From Planctomycetota bacterium (lineage in GTDB: Bacteria; Planctomycetota; B15-G4; SIAN01), in the NCBI GenBank assembly GCA_031409275.1, contig JANNXA010000012.1, positions 1-64,000 on the forward strand: DNA of 64,000 nt. The letters run 5' to 3'. Below the pieces are notes generated by a model that was not told the DNA's origin, ran no database searches, and saw only the letters and a list, made by a program, of their open reading frames with translations. Position numbers and translations under genes: made by a program. This document shows positions 28,105 through 37,794 of the stretch, piece by piece. Positions within the stretch are counted from its first letter, which is position 1, and the number at the start of each line of letters is the position of its first letter.

Positions 28105-29829
28105 ATGTCGTTCTCGAATGCTGCTCGCGGTGCCCTTTTCGGGTTGGCCGCCTCGGCTTTGGTCCGTGCTCCCTGCCTCGCACAAGCGCGCTTCGAGCGA
28201 GTGAGCGTGTCGACCGCGGGCGACGAGGCGAACGGCTACCTGGCCAGCGGCAAGGTGTTGATGTCGACGGACGGTCGGCAGGTCGCGTTCGACAGCTACG
28301 CCTCGAATCTCGCCCCGTTCGACATCAACAACACTCACGACGTCTTCGTGCGCGATCGACTGCTCGGAACGACCAAGCTGGTGAGCGTCGCGCTGACGGG
28401 CCTCTCGGCCAACAACGCCAGCTACCTGGTCGCGATGAGCGAGGATGGCCGCTTCATCGCCTTCGCGAGCCTGGCCTATGACCTGGTCAAGTTCGACACC
28501 AACAACGCTCGCGACCTCTTCCTCTTCGATCGCGATCCCGACGCGAACGGCCTTTTCGACGAAGGCAACGAAACGACTGTGCGCGTCAACGTCGACTCGG
28601 CCGGCAACCAGTCGAACAGCGACGCCTACTTCGCCGGGATCGTCGCGGACGGAACCAAGGTCGTCTTCCAGAGCAATGCGAGCGACCTCGTCGCGAACGA
28701 CACCAACGGGTACCCCGACATCTTCGTGCGCGACCTCGTCGCCGGCACGACGACGCTCGTCAGTGTCTCGACCGCGGGCGCGCTGGCGAACAGCGGCTCG
28801 CAGGAGTGCGCCATCTCGCGCGACGGAACGATCGTGATGTTCTCGAGTTACGCGTCCAACCTGGTGGCCAGCGACCGGAACGGTCGGCAGGACATCTTCG
28901 TGCGTGACCTCGTCGCCGGCACGACCGGTCGCGTCTCGAACGGCAACGGTGGCACGGAAGGCAACAACGACGCGCTGGAGTTCTATATGTCGGGGGACGG
29001 TCAGAGGGTCGTCTACTGGTCCTGGGCGGACAACCTCGTGACCGGTGACACCAACAACCTGCCCGACTGCTTCCTGCGCGATCGCGTCGCCGGTACGACC
29101 ACTCGACTCTCGGTCTCCGACGCGGGAGTGCAGGGCGATGGTTCGTCCCGCTATCCGCGCCTGTCCGCCAACGGCAACTACGTGGTGTTCACCAGCTCCT
29201 CGCGCAACTTGTCCGGCATCGAGACCAACAACGGTGAGGATGTCTTCGTTCGCGATCTTGTCGCCGGAACGCTGCAGAAGGTCAGCGTCTTCCTGTCGGG
29301 TCAGGAGGGGAGTGGCGGCAACGTCGGCTACGCGATTTCCGACGACGGCCTCACGGTCGCGATGGTGGCCAGCGGGACGGATCTGATTGGGGGCGATTCC
29401 AACGGCGTCACCGACCTGCTGACCCGCGATCGCACGAATCCCGACCCGCTCGCGTCCTGGCAGAACTACGGGGTCGGCTGGCCGGGGACGCTCGGCGTGC
29501 CTGCGTTCACCGCGCTCGGCAATCCGGTGATGGGCACGACCGTCGATGCGCAGCTCGGAAACTCGGTCGGCTTCTATACGGTCGGCTTCCTCTACCTCGG
29601 CCTGCAGTCGGCCACGATCCCGACCAAGCTCGGGGGCACGTTGCTGGTCGATCCGCTCTCGACCCTCGTCTTCCTCCTCGAGCCGCTCGGGACCACGCTC
29701 AGCGGCGATCTGCCGCTCGACGATGCGCTGGTCGGCACCAGCTTCTTCGCGCAGGTGCTCGAACTCGACAACGGCGCGAGCAAGGGCGTCTCCTTCACCG
29801 CGGGGATCGAGCTGATCCTGGGGCAGTGA
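28105..29829 (+). CDS. Secreted TolB-like/PD40 beta-propeller protein with conserved C-terminal domain
   Basis: SD AAGGAG; signal peptide; repeated S.DG..V.F.S.A.NLV..DTN...D.FVRD blades; C-terminal WQNYGVGWPGT...SFTAGIELILGQ. Confidence 0.85.
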   Translation: MSFSNAARGALFGLAASALVRAPCLAQARFERVSVSTAGDEANGYLASGKVLMSTDGRQVAFDSYASNLAPFDINNTHDVFVRDRLLGTTKLVSVALTGLSANNASYLVAMSEDGRFIAFASLAYDLVKFDTNNARDLFLFDRDPDANGLFDEGNETTVRVNVDSAGNQSNSDAYFAGIVADGTKVVFQSNASDLVANDTNGYPDIFVRDLVAGTTTLVSVSTAGALANSGSQECAISRDGTIVMFSSYASNLVASDRNGRQDIFVRDLVAGTTGRVSNGNGGTEGNNDALEFYMSGDGQRVVYWSWADNLVTGDTNNLPDCFLRDRVAGTTTRLSVSDAGVQGDGSSRYPRLSANGNYVVFTSSSRNLSGIETNNGEDVFVRDLVAGTLQKVSVFLSGQEGSGGNVGYAISDDGLTVAMVASGTDLIGGDSNGVTDLLTRDRTNPDPLASWQNYGVGWPGTLGVPAFTALGNPVMGTTVDAQLGNSVGFYTVGFLYLGLQSATIPTKLGGTLLVDPLSTLVFLLEPLGTTLSGDLPLDDALVGTSFFAQVLELDNGASKGVSFTAGIELILGQ

Positions 29830-29877
29830 GCGGGCGCGACCTGCGGCTTCCCCGCATGGACAAGTCGCGGCGCCTTC

Positions 29878-30044
29878 CTAGTGTCCTGGAACAGAAGTTC
29901 GCTTCCACGAAACCGGGCGCTCTTCGCGCCATGCTTCGTCTCGCCTCCTCACCAACTGCCAGGGAAGTTGCTTCGTCGGCACTCCTCGCCTGACCCAAAC
30001 ATCGCCTCGGTCCGCGTTCGCGAACTTCTGTTCCAAGACACTAG
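29878..30044. mobile_element. MITE, IS630-like ends (167 bp)
   Basis: 25-bp terminal inverted repeats CTAGTGTC(C/T)TGGAACAGAAGTTCGC with one mismatch; a related copy lies at 39153-39254. Confidence 0.8.
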
Positions 30045-30083
30045 ATTCCCGCGCCCCCCGATTCGGGGGTCGGGAGCTGCGCC

Positions 30084-32705
30084 ATGCTGTGCCTCGCTTC
30101 GACATTCGTCCTCCTTGCAGCGGCGGCGCAGGACGCGGTCGTGCCGGCCGCCGAGGCCGCCGTCGCGCCGCGCGGGCTCATCTCCCGCACCGACGTCGCC
30201 GCGCCGGGCTACACGCTGTTCGCGCCGTTCAGCGAAACGACGACCTACCTGATCGACCTCGACGGCCGCGTCGTCCACACCTGGGCGAGCCGCTACAAGC
30301 CCGGCCTCCTCGCCTACCTGCTGCCCGATGGCCGGCTGCTGCGCGGCATCGCGGTCGACGCGAAGGTCCCCTTCAAGGACAACGGCGGTGACTCGGGCGG
30401 CGTGCAGATGTTCTCGTGGGAAGGCGAACTCCTCTGGGAGTACCACATCGCCACCGAGCACGGCTTGCAGCACCACGACCTCGAGCCGCTGCCGAATGGT
30501 CACGTGCTGGTCATCGTGCGCGAGGCGAAGACGCGCGAGCAGGTCCGCGACGCCGGCCGATTGCCGGACGCGATCGGCGAGGAGGGCATGTGGCCGTGCG
30601 CGGTGCTGGAGATCGAGCCGCTGCCGCCGATCGGTGCGCGCGTCGTCTGGGAGTGGCATGCGTTCGACCACCTGATCCAGGATCTCGATCCCGACAAATC
30701 GGAGTACGGCGTCGTCGCCGACCATCCGGAGCGGATCAACATCAACGCCGATCTGCCGCGCGCGGAGGAACCGGACGAGTCCGCGGACGCCGCGCTCTCG
30801 CCGGAAGAGCGCGCGAAGATGCAGGCGGTCGGCTACCTCGCCGCCGATGACACGACCGACGACGCCGAGAAGAAGCGGCGCGCGAATCCCGACTGGCTCC
30901 ACATCAATGCGGTCGACTACGACGCGCAGCTCGATCAGATCGCGCTCAGCACGCCGCGGATGAACGAGGTCTGGATCATCGACCACGGCACCACCACCGA
31001 GGAGGCGCGCGGCCGCACCGGCGGCAAGCGCGGCAAGGGCGGTGATCTGCTCTATCGCTGGGGCAATCCGCAGAACTGGCAGCGCGGCAAGAAGGCCGAT
31101 CGCCAGCTCTTCTTCCAGCACGACGTGCAGTGGATTCCGGCCGGCTATCCCGGCGCCGGCCACCTGACGATCTTCAACAACGGCCGCCAGCGGCCCGCCG
31201 GCGAGCACTCGACCGTGATCGAGATCGCGCCGCCGCTGCAGCAGGACGGCACCTACGCGCTCGCTCCCGATGCGCCGTTCGAGCCGAAGGCGCCGTGGTG
31301 GAGCTACGACCCGCCCGAAGCGGAGCGCTTCTTCGCCAGCTTCATCTCGGGCGCCCATCGCCTGATCAACGGCAACACGTTGATCTGCGGCGGGCCCGAC
31401 GGCCGCCTCTTCGAGGTGACGGCCGAGGGCAAGGTGGCGTGGGACTACAAAGTCCCGTTCGGCAGCTCCGATGGCGAGGACGGCCCGCGGATGACGTTCT
31501 CGCTCTTCCGCGGCACGCGCATCCCGCCCGACCATCTCGCGTTGCGCGGTCGCGAGCTCGCGCCGCTCGATCCGCAGCCGAAGACGCTGGCGCAACTCGA
31601 GGCGGAGCGCGTCGCGAAGGCGCCGCCGCAGGTGAGCGGTTGGCAGCCGCTCGTCACGCTCGAGGAGGGACTCTCGAAGTGGGTGGAGGTGAACGTGGCG
31701 GGGTCCACGTTCAGCGTGGTGCCCGACCCCGACGACGCGAAAGGCGCGATGGTCCACTGCACCGGCAAGCCGACCGGGATCCTGCGCAGCGAGCGGATGT
31801 ACGAGAACTTCCTCTGCGAGTTCGAGTGGCGCCACCTGGCCGAGCCAGGCAACGCCGGCTTCTTCGTCTGGGCCGATCCGCTGCCGGCGCAGGGCGGCCC
31901 CTTCACGCGCGGCATCGAGGTGCAGGTTTGCAACCTCGGCAACGGCGACTGGTTCACGTCGCACGGCGACCTCTTCCCGATCTGGGGCGCGACGATGACG
32001 CCCGACCCGCGTTTTCGCCGCTCGGGCGACCGCTCGATGCCGAACCTCGATGCGTTCCACGCGCGCAAGACCGGCGAGTGGAACCACTACCGCATCACCT
32101 GCCTCGATGGCGCGCTCACGCTCGAGGTGAACGGCCATCTCGTCACCGCCGGCAGCGGCTGCACGCCCTCGAAGGGCTACCTCTGCCTCGAATCGGAAGG
32201 GACCGAAGTCGACTTCCGCAAGCTGCGCATCTGGGAACTGCCGGCCGGCACGCATGCCGCCGACGCGTCGCGCACGGCGCGCGAAGCGGGACGCGCGGAG
32301 ACGCTCTACAGCGGCGTCTCGCTCGACGGCTGGACGGTGAAGTCGGGTGACTGGAAGGCGAACGACTGGCAGCTCGCTGCGGCCGCCGGCGTCGCCGAAC
32401 TCGCCGCGCGCGAGTTCGCTGGTGCCGTCGAGCTGCGTTTCGACTACCAGCGCGCGCAGCGACCCGGCGCCGGTCTCCTGCCGTTCCGCCTCGGCGGTTG
32501 GCGCACCGCTGCGACCGGCGAACGACCTGGCGATTGGAATCGCGTGGTCGTGCGACAGCGCGACGGAGCGCTGGAAGTGGAGCTCAATGGCGTGCGGCTC
32601 GAAGGAGTGGCGCCGCTGCCGGCCGGCGCGTCGCTCGCGTCCCCGGTGCTCTGCAACGACGGAGTCGCGGTCAGCTACTGCAGCCTCTTCGCGACCGGCG
32701 GCTGA
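30084..32705 (+). CDS. Aryl-sulfate sulfotransferase (ASST) fused to DUF1080 domain(s)
   Basis: GYTLFAP, QHHD, DWLHINAVDY, LLYRWGNP, QHDVQWI (ASST); then YENF..EFEW...GNAG, GEWNHYRI, GYLCLESEG..VDFR (DUF1080) and a degenerate second copy. Confidence 0.8.
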   Translation: MLCLASTFVLLAAAAQDAVVPAAEAAVAPRGLISRTDVAAPGYTLFAPFSETTTYLIDLDGRVVHTWASRYKPGLLAYLLPDGRLLRGIAVDAKVPFKDNGGDSGGVQMFSWEGELLWEYHIATEHGLQHHDLEPLPNGHVLVIVREAKTREQVRDAGRLPDAIGEEGMWPCAVLEIEPLPPIGARVVWEWHAFDHLIQDLDPDKSEYGVVADHPERININADLPRAEEPDESADAALSPEERAKMQAVGYLAADDTTDDAEKKRRANPDWLHINAVDYDAQLDQIALSTPRMNEVWIIDHGTTTEEARGRTGGKRGKGGDLLYRWGNPQNWQRGKKADRQLFFQHDVQWIPAGYPGAGHLTIFNNGRQRPAGEHSTVIEIAPPLQQDGTYALAPDAPFEPKAPWWSYDPPEAERFFASFISGAHRLINGNTLICGGPDGRLFEVTAEGKVAWDYKVPFGSSDGEDGPRMTFSLFRGTRIPPDHLALRGRELAPLDPQPKTLAQLEAERVAKAPPQVSGWQPLVTLEEGLSKWVEVNVAGSTFSVVPDPDDAKGAMVHCTGKPTGILRSERMYENFLCEFEWRHLAEPGNAGFFVWADPLPAQGGPFTRGIEVQVCNLGNGDWFTSHGDLFPIWGATMTPDPRFRRSGDRSMPNLDAFHARKTGEWNHYRITCLDGALTLEVNGHLVTAGSGCTPSKGYLCLESEGTEVDFRKLRIWELPAGTHAADASRTAREAGRAETLYSGVSLDGWTVKSGDWKANDWQLAAAAGVAELAAREFAGAVELRFDYQRAQRPGAGLLPFRLGGWRTAATGERPGDWNRVVVRQRDGALEVELNGVRLEGVAPLPAGASLASPVLCNDGVAVSYCSLFATGG

Positions 32706-32724
32706 GCGCCTCGCGAGCGGGCCG

Positions 32725-34152
32725 CTACGCCAGCAACCCCTTCACCACGTTTCCGTAGACGTCGGTCAATCGCCAATCGCGGCCCGCGTGGCGGTAGGTG
32801 AGGCGCTCGTGGTCGAGGCCCATCAAGTGGAGGATGGTGGCGTGCAGGTCGTGGACGTGAACCGGGTCCTGCTCGGCGTGCCAGCCGTATTCATCGGTGG
32901 TGCCGTGGACGTGGCCCGCCTTCACGCCGCCGCCGGCGAGCCACATGGTGAAGCCGAAGGGATGGTGTTCGCGGCCGTCGGTGCCCTCCGCCGTGGGCGT
33001 GCGGCCGAACTCACCGCCCCAGATCACCAGCGTCTCTTCCAGTAGCCCCCGTGACTTGAGGTCGTGCAGGAGGCCTGCGATCGGCAGGTCGGTGGCAGCG
33101 CAGTTGTTGGCAAGCTCGGCGCGCAGACCGCTGTGCTGATCCCACAGCTGGCAGCTCGCGCGCTGCTTCGTCTGCGTGTGATACACCTGCACGCAGCGCA
33201 CGCCGCGCTCGACGAGGCGGCGCGCCAGCAGGCATTGCTTGCCGAAGATCTCCGTGACCGGATCGTCGAGGCCGTAGAGCGCGCGCGTCGCCGCCGACTC
33301 GGCGGTGAGGTCGAACGCCGCGGGTGCCTCGCGCTGCATGCGGAACGCCAGCTCGAAGGAGTCGAGCCGTGCTTCCAGCGCTGGATCCTGCGCGCGTGCG
33401 GCCGCGTGGCGGTCGTTCCATTCGCGCAGCAGATCGAGGTCGGCGCGTTGGCGCGGCAACGTGCGGCGCGCGTTGGCGAGGTTGGCGATCGGCGTGTCGA
33501 CGTGGGTGACCAGCGTTCCCTGGTACGTGGCCGGCAGGAACGCGGAACTCCACAGCGGCGCGCCTTGCGCCGGTTGCGCCGGTGAGAGGACCACGTAGCC
33601 GGGCAGGTCGTGGTTCTCGGTCCCAAGACCCCACAAGAGCCACGAGCCGAGGCTTGGGCGCTGGAACGCCTGCTCGCCCGTGTTCATCTGCAGGCAGGCG
33701 CCGTTGTGGTTGATGTTGTCGGCCACCATCGAGCGCACCACACAGAGGTCATCGGCGTGGCGCGCGAGGTGGGGCAGCAACTCGCTCATCTCGAGGCCCG
33801 ACTCGCCGTGGCGCGCGAAGCGCCACGGTGAGCCGAGCAGGTTGCCGGTGCGCGTCCGCTCGAGCTTCGGCCGCGCAAACGGCGGTGGCGCGCCGCTCTC
33901 GGCCTGCAGCCGCGGCTTGGGATCGAACAGGTCGACGTGCGAGGGGCCGCCCGACATGAAGAGGAAGATGACCCGCTTGCAGCGCGGCTCGAAGTGGGGC
34001 GAGCGCGGGACGAGCGGTCCGCCCGCGCCCGCTGCGGCCGATGGCGCCGTCTGCGCGAGCCCCGCTTGCGCCAGCAACGCCTGCAACGCCAGCAGCCCGA
34101 AGCCGTTGGCCGAGCGCGCCAGCAGTTCGCGTCGCGAAAGCGGGAGGTTCAT
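32725..34152 (-). CDS. DUF1501 domain protein, Tat-like signal
   Basis: SRRELL; KRVIFLFMSGGPSHVDLFDPKP; WDQH; GGEFGRTP; GREHH. Confidence 0.9.
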   Translation of the reverse strand: MNLPLSRRELLARSANGFGLLALQALLAQAGLAQTAPSAAAGAGGPLVPRSPHFEPRCKRVIFLFMSGGPSHVDLFDPKPRLQAESGAPPPFARPKLERTRTGNLLGSPWRFARHGESGLEMSELLPHLARHADDLCVVRSMVADNINHNGACLQMNTGEQAFQRPSLGSWLLWGLGTENHDLPGYVVLSPAQPAQGAPLWSSAFLPATYQGTLVTHVDTPIANLANARRTLPRQRADLDLLREWNDRHAAARAQDPALEARLDSFELAFRMQREAPAAFDLTAESAATRALYGLDDPVTEIFGKQCLLARRLVERGVRCVQVYHTQTKQRASCQLWDQHSGLRAELANNCAATDLPIAGLLHDLKSRGLLEETLVIWGGEFGRTPTAEGTDGREHHPFGFTMWLAGGGVKAGHVHGTTDEYGWHAEQDPVHVHDLHATILHLMGLDHERLTYRHAGRDWRLTDVYGNVVKGLLA

Positions 34153-34188
34153 CGCACGCTCCATTTGCGTCTTGCCGCGCACGCCATC

Positions 34189-37164
34189 TCAGTCGGTCAC
34201 CGCGAACTCGTTGCTCATGAACAGCACGTGGGCGAGCTCCTCGAGCGTGCCATCGGCCAGGAACGCTCGCGCCCGCGCCCGCTCGAAGTCGTCGGGTGGC
34301 CGCGCGAAGAGGATCCGGTGGAGCGCATCGACGCGTGCGTCGAGCGTGACGCCATCGAGCAGCGCGGCGGGCCGTCCCGATTCGCTGGCGGGCGCCGGAA
34401 CTCCCGCCTCGATCCGGCGTGCCAACGCAGCGGCGCGGTCGAGCACGAAGGGATCGTTCAGCAGCCACAGCGCCTGCGGCGCCACGGTCGACTCGTTGCG
34501 TCGATCGACGATCGAGGTGGGATCGGCGGCATCGAACAGCGCGCGGAAGTTCGAGCGGTCGGAGCGGATCGTCATGAGGTAGAGCGCGCGCCGCGTCGTC
34601 GTCGGATCGCGTTGCGCCGGCCCGCCCAGGGTGAGGTCGAGTTCGCCGCTGCAGAGAAGCAGCGCGTCGCGCAACTGCTCAGCGTCGAGTCGATGGCGCG
34701 GGAAGCGGCCCAGAAGATGGTTCTCGGCGTCGGCGGCAATGGTCGCCGCGGCGCCGTCGGCCGCCTGCCGATAGGTCGCCGACAGGACGATCTCTCGATC
34801 GAGCGTCTTCCAGGAGCCGCCCGTTTCGATGAAGCGCGCCGCCAACGCATCGAGCAGTTCCGGGTGCGAGGGGAGTTCCCCAAGCCGCCCGAAGTTGCCC
34901 GACGTCGCAACCAATCCGCGGCCGAAGTGGCGCTGCCAGACGCGATTCACCGCCACGCGCGCCACCAGCGGCAGCAGCGGTTCGGTGAGCCAGCGCGCCA
35001 GTTCGAGGCGACCGCTGCCGCTCGGCGCGAGCGGCGCGTCGCCGGCCAGCACGCGCGGGAAGCGGCGCGCGACGATCGGCCCGAGGTGGTCGTAGCGGCC
35101 GCGCTCGTGCAGCGCGACGTCATGGATCCCTGCTTGCGGCGAGTCGGGCACGCCTCCTTCCGCGATCCCGTTCGCGAAGGCGAGCGGCGGCGCCATCGCC
35201 GCATCGAGGGCGGCGAGTTCCGCGACGAGCGGCGCGAGCGTCGCGTCGGTCGCGGCGCGCGCACGGGCCGCGGCATCGAGCTCGCCTGCGCCGGCGGCGA
35301 CGAAGCGGAACGAAGCCGCGGTTCCGATCGCCAGCTCTTCGCGCAGCGTGCCCGCCGCCTGCGCCGAAACGACGGTGGGTGCCAGTTCGAAGAGGCGCGG
35401 CGAGTCGAGGTCGGCGAGCGTCCATTCGACGATGGTCGTATCGCAGATGTGGTCGCCGCCCGGCGCTACTTCGAGGAGCAGCGCGTCGCCGGCGGCCAAC
35501 ACCAAGGTCGCCAGCTCCGGTGCGTCGCCGAACTCGGAGTGCCCACCATTGGCGAACGCCCCTTCGGCGAGCAGCGCGGTGGTGGCGGGCGCGTCGGCGC
35601 CGCCGCTTCGCTGGAGGAGGCGCCACTTGATGCCGTCGCCGCAGACGGCGTCGCCATCGGCCAACGTGCCGCGCGCAGCGACGCGCAGCGGTTGCACGGC
35701 GGTGAAGCGGATGGTGATCGGTTCGCCGGGTGCGGGATGGACCGAGAAGGAGTGGGGCGGGAGCGTGACGGTGGAGAACTGCAGCGTCGTGTCGGCGCCA
35801 TTCACCGTGGCCGCCGGCAGCTCGTTGCCGCCGCGCAGCCCCGTCACGGCGGTGAGTCCGCCGACCGCCGGCACCAGCGTCGCGAGCGGAGTGCCGCCGA
35901 GTCCCGACGCGAGCGCCGCCAACAACTCGCCGCGCCGCGTCGACTGCTGCGCGCGCTGCGAGAGTTCGGCGGGCGAGGCCAGCGGCACGCGCAGCATCGG
36001 CGGTCCGGCGGTCTTCGGGCCGACGTTCGCCAGCACATGGCTGCTGAAGAAGATGCCGGCGAGCCCGTAGTAGTCGGCCTGCCCGATCGGATCGAACTTG
36101 TGGTCGTGGCAGCGCGCGCAGCCGAGCGTGAGCCCGAGGAAGGCGCGACCCACGAGGTTCACCTGATCGTCCGCGATGTCGGTGAGCAGCTTCTCCTTGT
36201 CGGCATCGCCACCGCCGAAATCGCCGAGCGCCAGCACCCCGGTCGCGACGATGCGGCGTACGTCGAACGGGTCGGCGAGTGGCGCGCGCAGGTCGCCCGC
36301 GATCTGGTCCTGCACGAAGTCAGCGAACGGCAGGTCGCGGCAAAATGCGTCGACGACCCAGTCGCGGTAGCGCCATGCCTGGCGCACATCGCCCGGATCG
36401 TCGTCGGCACCGCCCAGCGAGCGCGCATCGAAGAGGTCGGTGTAGCGCACGACATCGAGCCACGCGCGCGCCGCTCGTTCGCCGTAGTGGGGGCTCGCCA
36501 GCAAGCGGTCGACGACGCGCGCGAACGCGGCCTCGTCGCCCTCCTCCACGTCCGCCAGGAACGCATCGACCTCGCTCGGCGTCGGCGGCAAGCCGATCAA
36601 GTCGAAGGTGACGCGGCGCAACCACGCGGAACGCTTCGCCGCTGGTGCAGGCGCCAGGCCGCGCGACTCGAGCTCCGCGAGCACGAAGCGGTCGAGGTCG
36701 CGCGCCGGCCATGAGCCGTCGTGAACGGCGGGCGCGGGAGCGTCGGCGAGCGGCGCGAAGGCCCACCACGCGCGATCCGCTTCGCTGAGCGCGCGCTCGA
36801 TGACGCGTGGCGCCACCGTCGCTTCCGGCCACGGCAAGCCGAGCTCGACCCAACGTTCGAGCGCGGCGACCTGAGTCGCGTCGAGCGTCTCCTTCGGCGG
36901 CATCGCGAGCTCGCCGTCGCGGCGCACCGCCTGCACCAGCAGGCTCGCCGATGGGTCGCCGGCCACCGCAGCCGCGCCACGCTTGCCGCCCGCCAACAGC
37001 GCGGCGCGCGAGTCGAGTCGCAGCCCCGCCTTCGGCCGCTCTTCGCCGTGGCAGCGCAGGCAGTGGTCCGCCAACAGCGGACGGATCGAGTTCTCGAAGA
37101 ACTCGTCATGTTCGCCGGTCGGTGCGCCCGCGAAGGAGTGCAGCGCGAGGATCAGCAGTTGCAT
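34189..37164 (-). CDS. Planctomycete cytochrome c + DUF1549 + DUF1553 protein
   Basis: FFENSIRPLLADHCLRCH; CARCHDHKFDPI; PSHPELLDALA; STVAPQALWLLND. Confidence 0.9.
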   Translation of the reverse strand: MQLLILALHSFAGAPTGEHDEFFENSIRPLLADHCLRCHGEERPKAGLRLDSRAALLAGGKRGAAAVAGDPSASLLVQAVRRDGELAMPPKETLDATQVAALERWVELGLPWPEATVAPRVIERALSEADRAWWAFAPLADAPAPAVHDGSWPARDLDRFVLAELESRGLAPAPAAKRSAWLRRVTFDLIGLPPTPSEVDAFLADVEEGDEAAFARVVDRLLASPHYGERAARAWLDVVRYTDLFDARSLGGADDDPGDVRQAWRYRDWVVDAFCRDLPFADFVQDQIAGDLRAPLADPFDVRRIVATGVLALGDFGGGDADKEKLLTDIADDQVNLVGRAFLGLTLGCARCHDHKFDPIGQADYYGLAGIFFSSHVLANVGPKTAGPPMLRVPLASPAELSQRAQQSTRRGELLAALASGLGGTPLATLVPAVGGLTAVTGLRGGNELPAATVNGADTTLQFSTVTLPPHSFSVHPAPGEPITIRFTAVQPLRVAARGTLADGDAVCGDGIKWRLLQRSGGADAPATTALLAEGAFANGGHSEFGDAPELATLVLAAGDALLLEVAPGGDHICDTTIVEWTLADLDSPRLFELAPTVVSAQAAGTLREELAIGTAASFRFVAAGAGELDAAARARAATDATLAPLVAELAALDAAMAPPLAFANGIAEGGVPDSPQAGIHDVALHERGRYDHLGPIVARRFPRVLAGDAPLAPSGSGRLELARWLTEPLLPLVARVAVNRVWQRHFGRGLVATSGNFGRLGELPSHPELLDALAARFIETGGSWKTLDREIVLSATYRQAADGAAATIAADAENHLLGRFPRHRLDAEQLRDALLLCSGELDLTLGGPAQRDPTTTRRALYLMTIRSDRSNFRALFDAADPTSIVDRRNESTVAPQALWLLNDPFVLDRAAALARRIEAGVPAPASESGRPAALLDGVTLDARVDALHRILFARPPDDFERARARAFLADGTLEELAHVLFMSNEFAVTD

Positions 37165-37362
37165 GGCGCGCGATCGTAGCCGCGGGGCGCAGGGAGGTTG
37201 GCTGCGGTCGCGGGTGCGCGGCGATGCGCGCTCGCAGGTGGGGTTTCCCCGCTGATGGCGCGCTCTCGTTTGGCGGACGCGGGGCGCGAGCTGGCGGCAT
37301 GCGGCGTGCGGCGAATGGTCGGTTCGCTGGCCATTCACCCGACCCCCGCGCTGGAGAGAGCT

Positions 37363-37626
37363 GTGGTCCAACTCGCCGCGACGTTGAAGGAACTGCTCGT
37401 TGAACTCGAGCGCGAACGCGACGTGCTTCGCGTCAAGGTGCACCTCGGCAAAGCGGAGGCGCGGCAACTGCTCTCCGCGATCGAGGAGAAGCTGTTCCAG
37501 TTGCGCCTTCAGGTCACCTCGATGAAGGACCACGCCAAGCAAGCGGCCCGGTCGGCGGAGGCGCGCATCCACCCGCTCGTGGACGAGGTGCGCGAGCTGC
37601 TGGCGCGAGTGCAGGAGATCGTCTGA
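37363..37626 (+). CDS. Small coiled-coil protein
   Basis: SD GGAGAG + GTG; LERERDVLRVKVHLGKAEAR helical motif. Confidence 0.65.
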   Translation: MVQLAATLKELLVELERERDVLRVKVHLGKAEARQLLSAIEEKLFQLRLQVTSMKDHAKQAARSAEARIHPLVDEVRELLARVQEIV

Positions 37627-37636
37627 GCGAGGCTCA

Positions 37637-37794
37637 GAGCGCCTAACAGAATGTCCGCTGCGTTCGACCGGCTGCGGCCACCCATGAATTCGTCGACCTC
37701 CATCGGCGACTCTTCGGAGTCGCCTGCTTCGGTCTCCTCGTCCTGGGCTGCCTCGCGCGGTCTCGGCGCGACGCGTCCATTCTGTTAGGCGCTC
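37637..37794. mobile_element. MITE with 17-bp TIRs and TCA target-site duplication (IS5-like ends)
   Basis: GAGCGCCTAACAGAATG (37637-37653) ... CATTCTGTTAGGCGCTC (37778-37794), flanked by TCA on both sides; internal GGCGACTC-TTCG-GAGTCGCC hairpin. Confidence 0.8.

Noticed and set aside
28280..29430. Recurring TTCGTGCGCGACCTCGTCGCCGG-like repeats resembling an array
   Set aside because: They are in-frame beta-propeller blade repeats in a coding gene, not CRISPR repeats.
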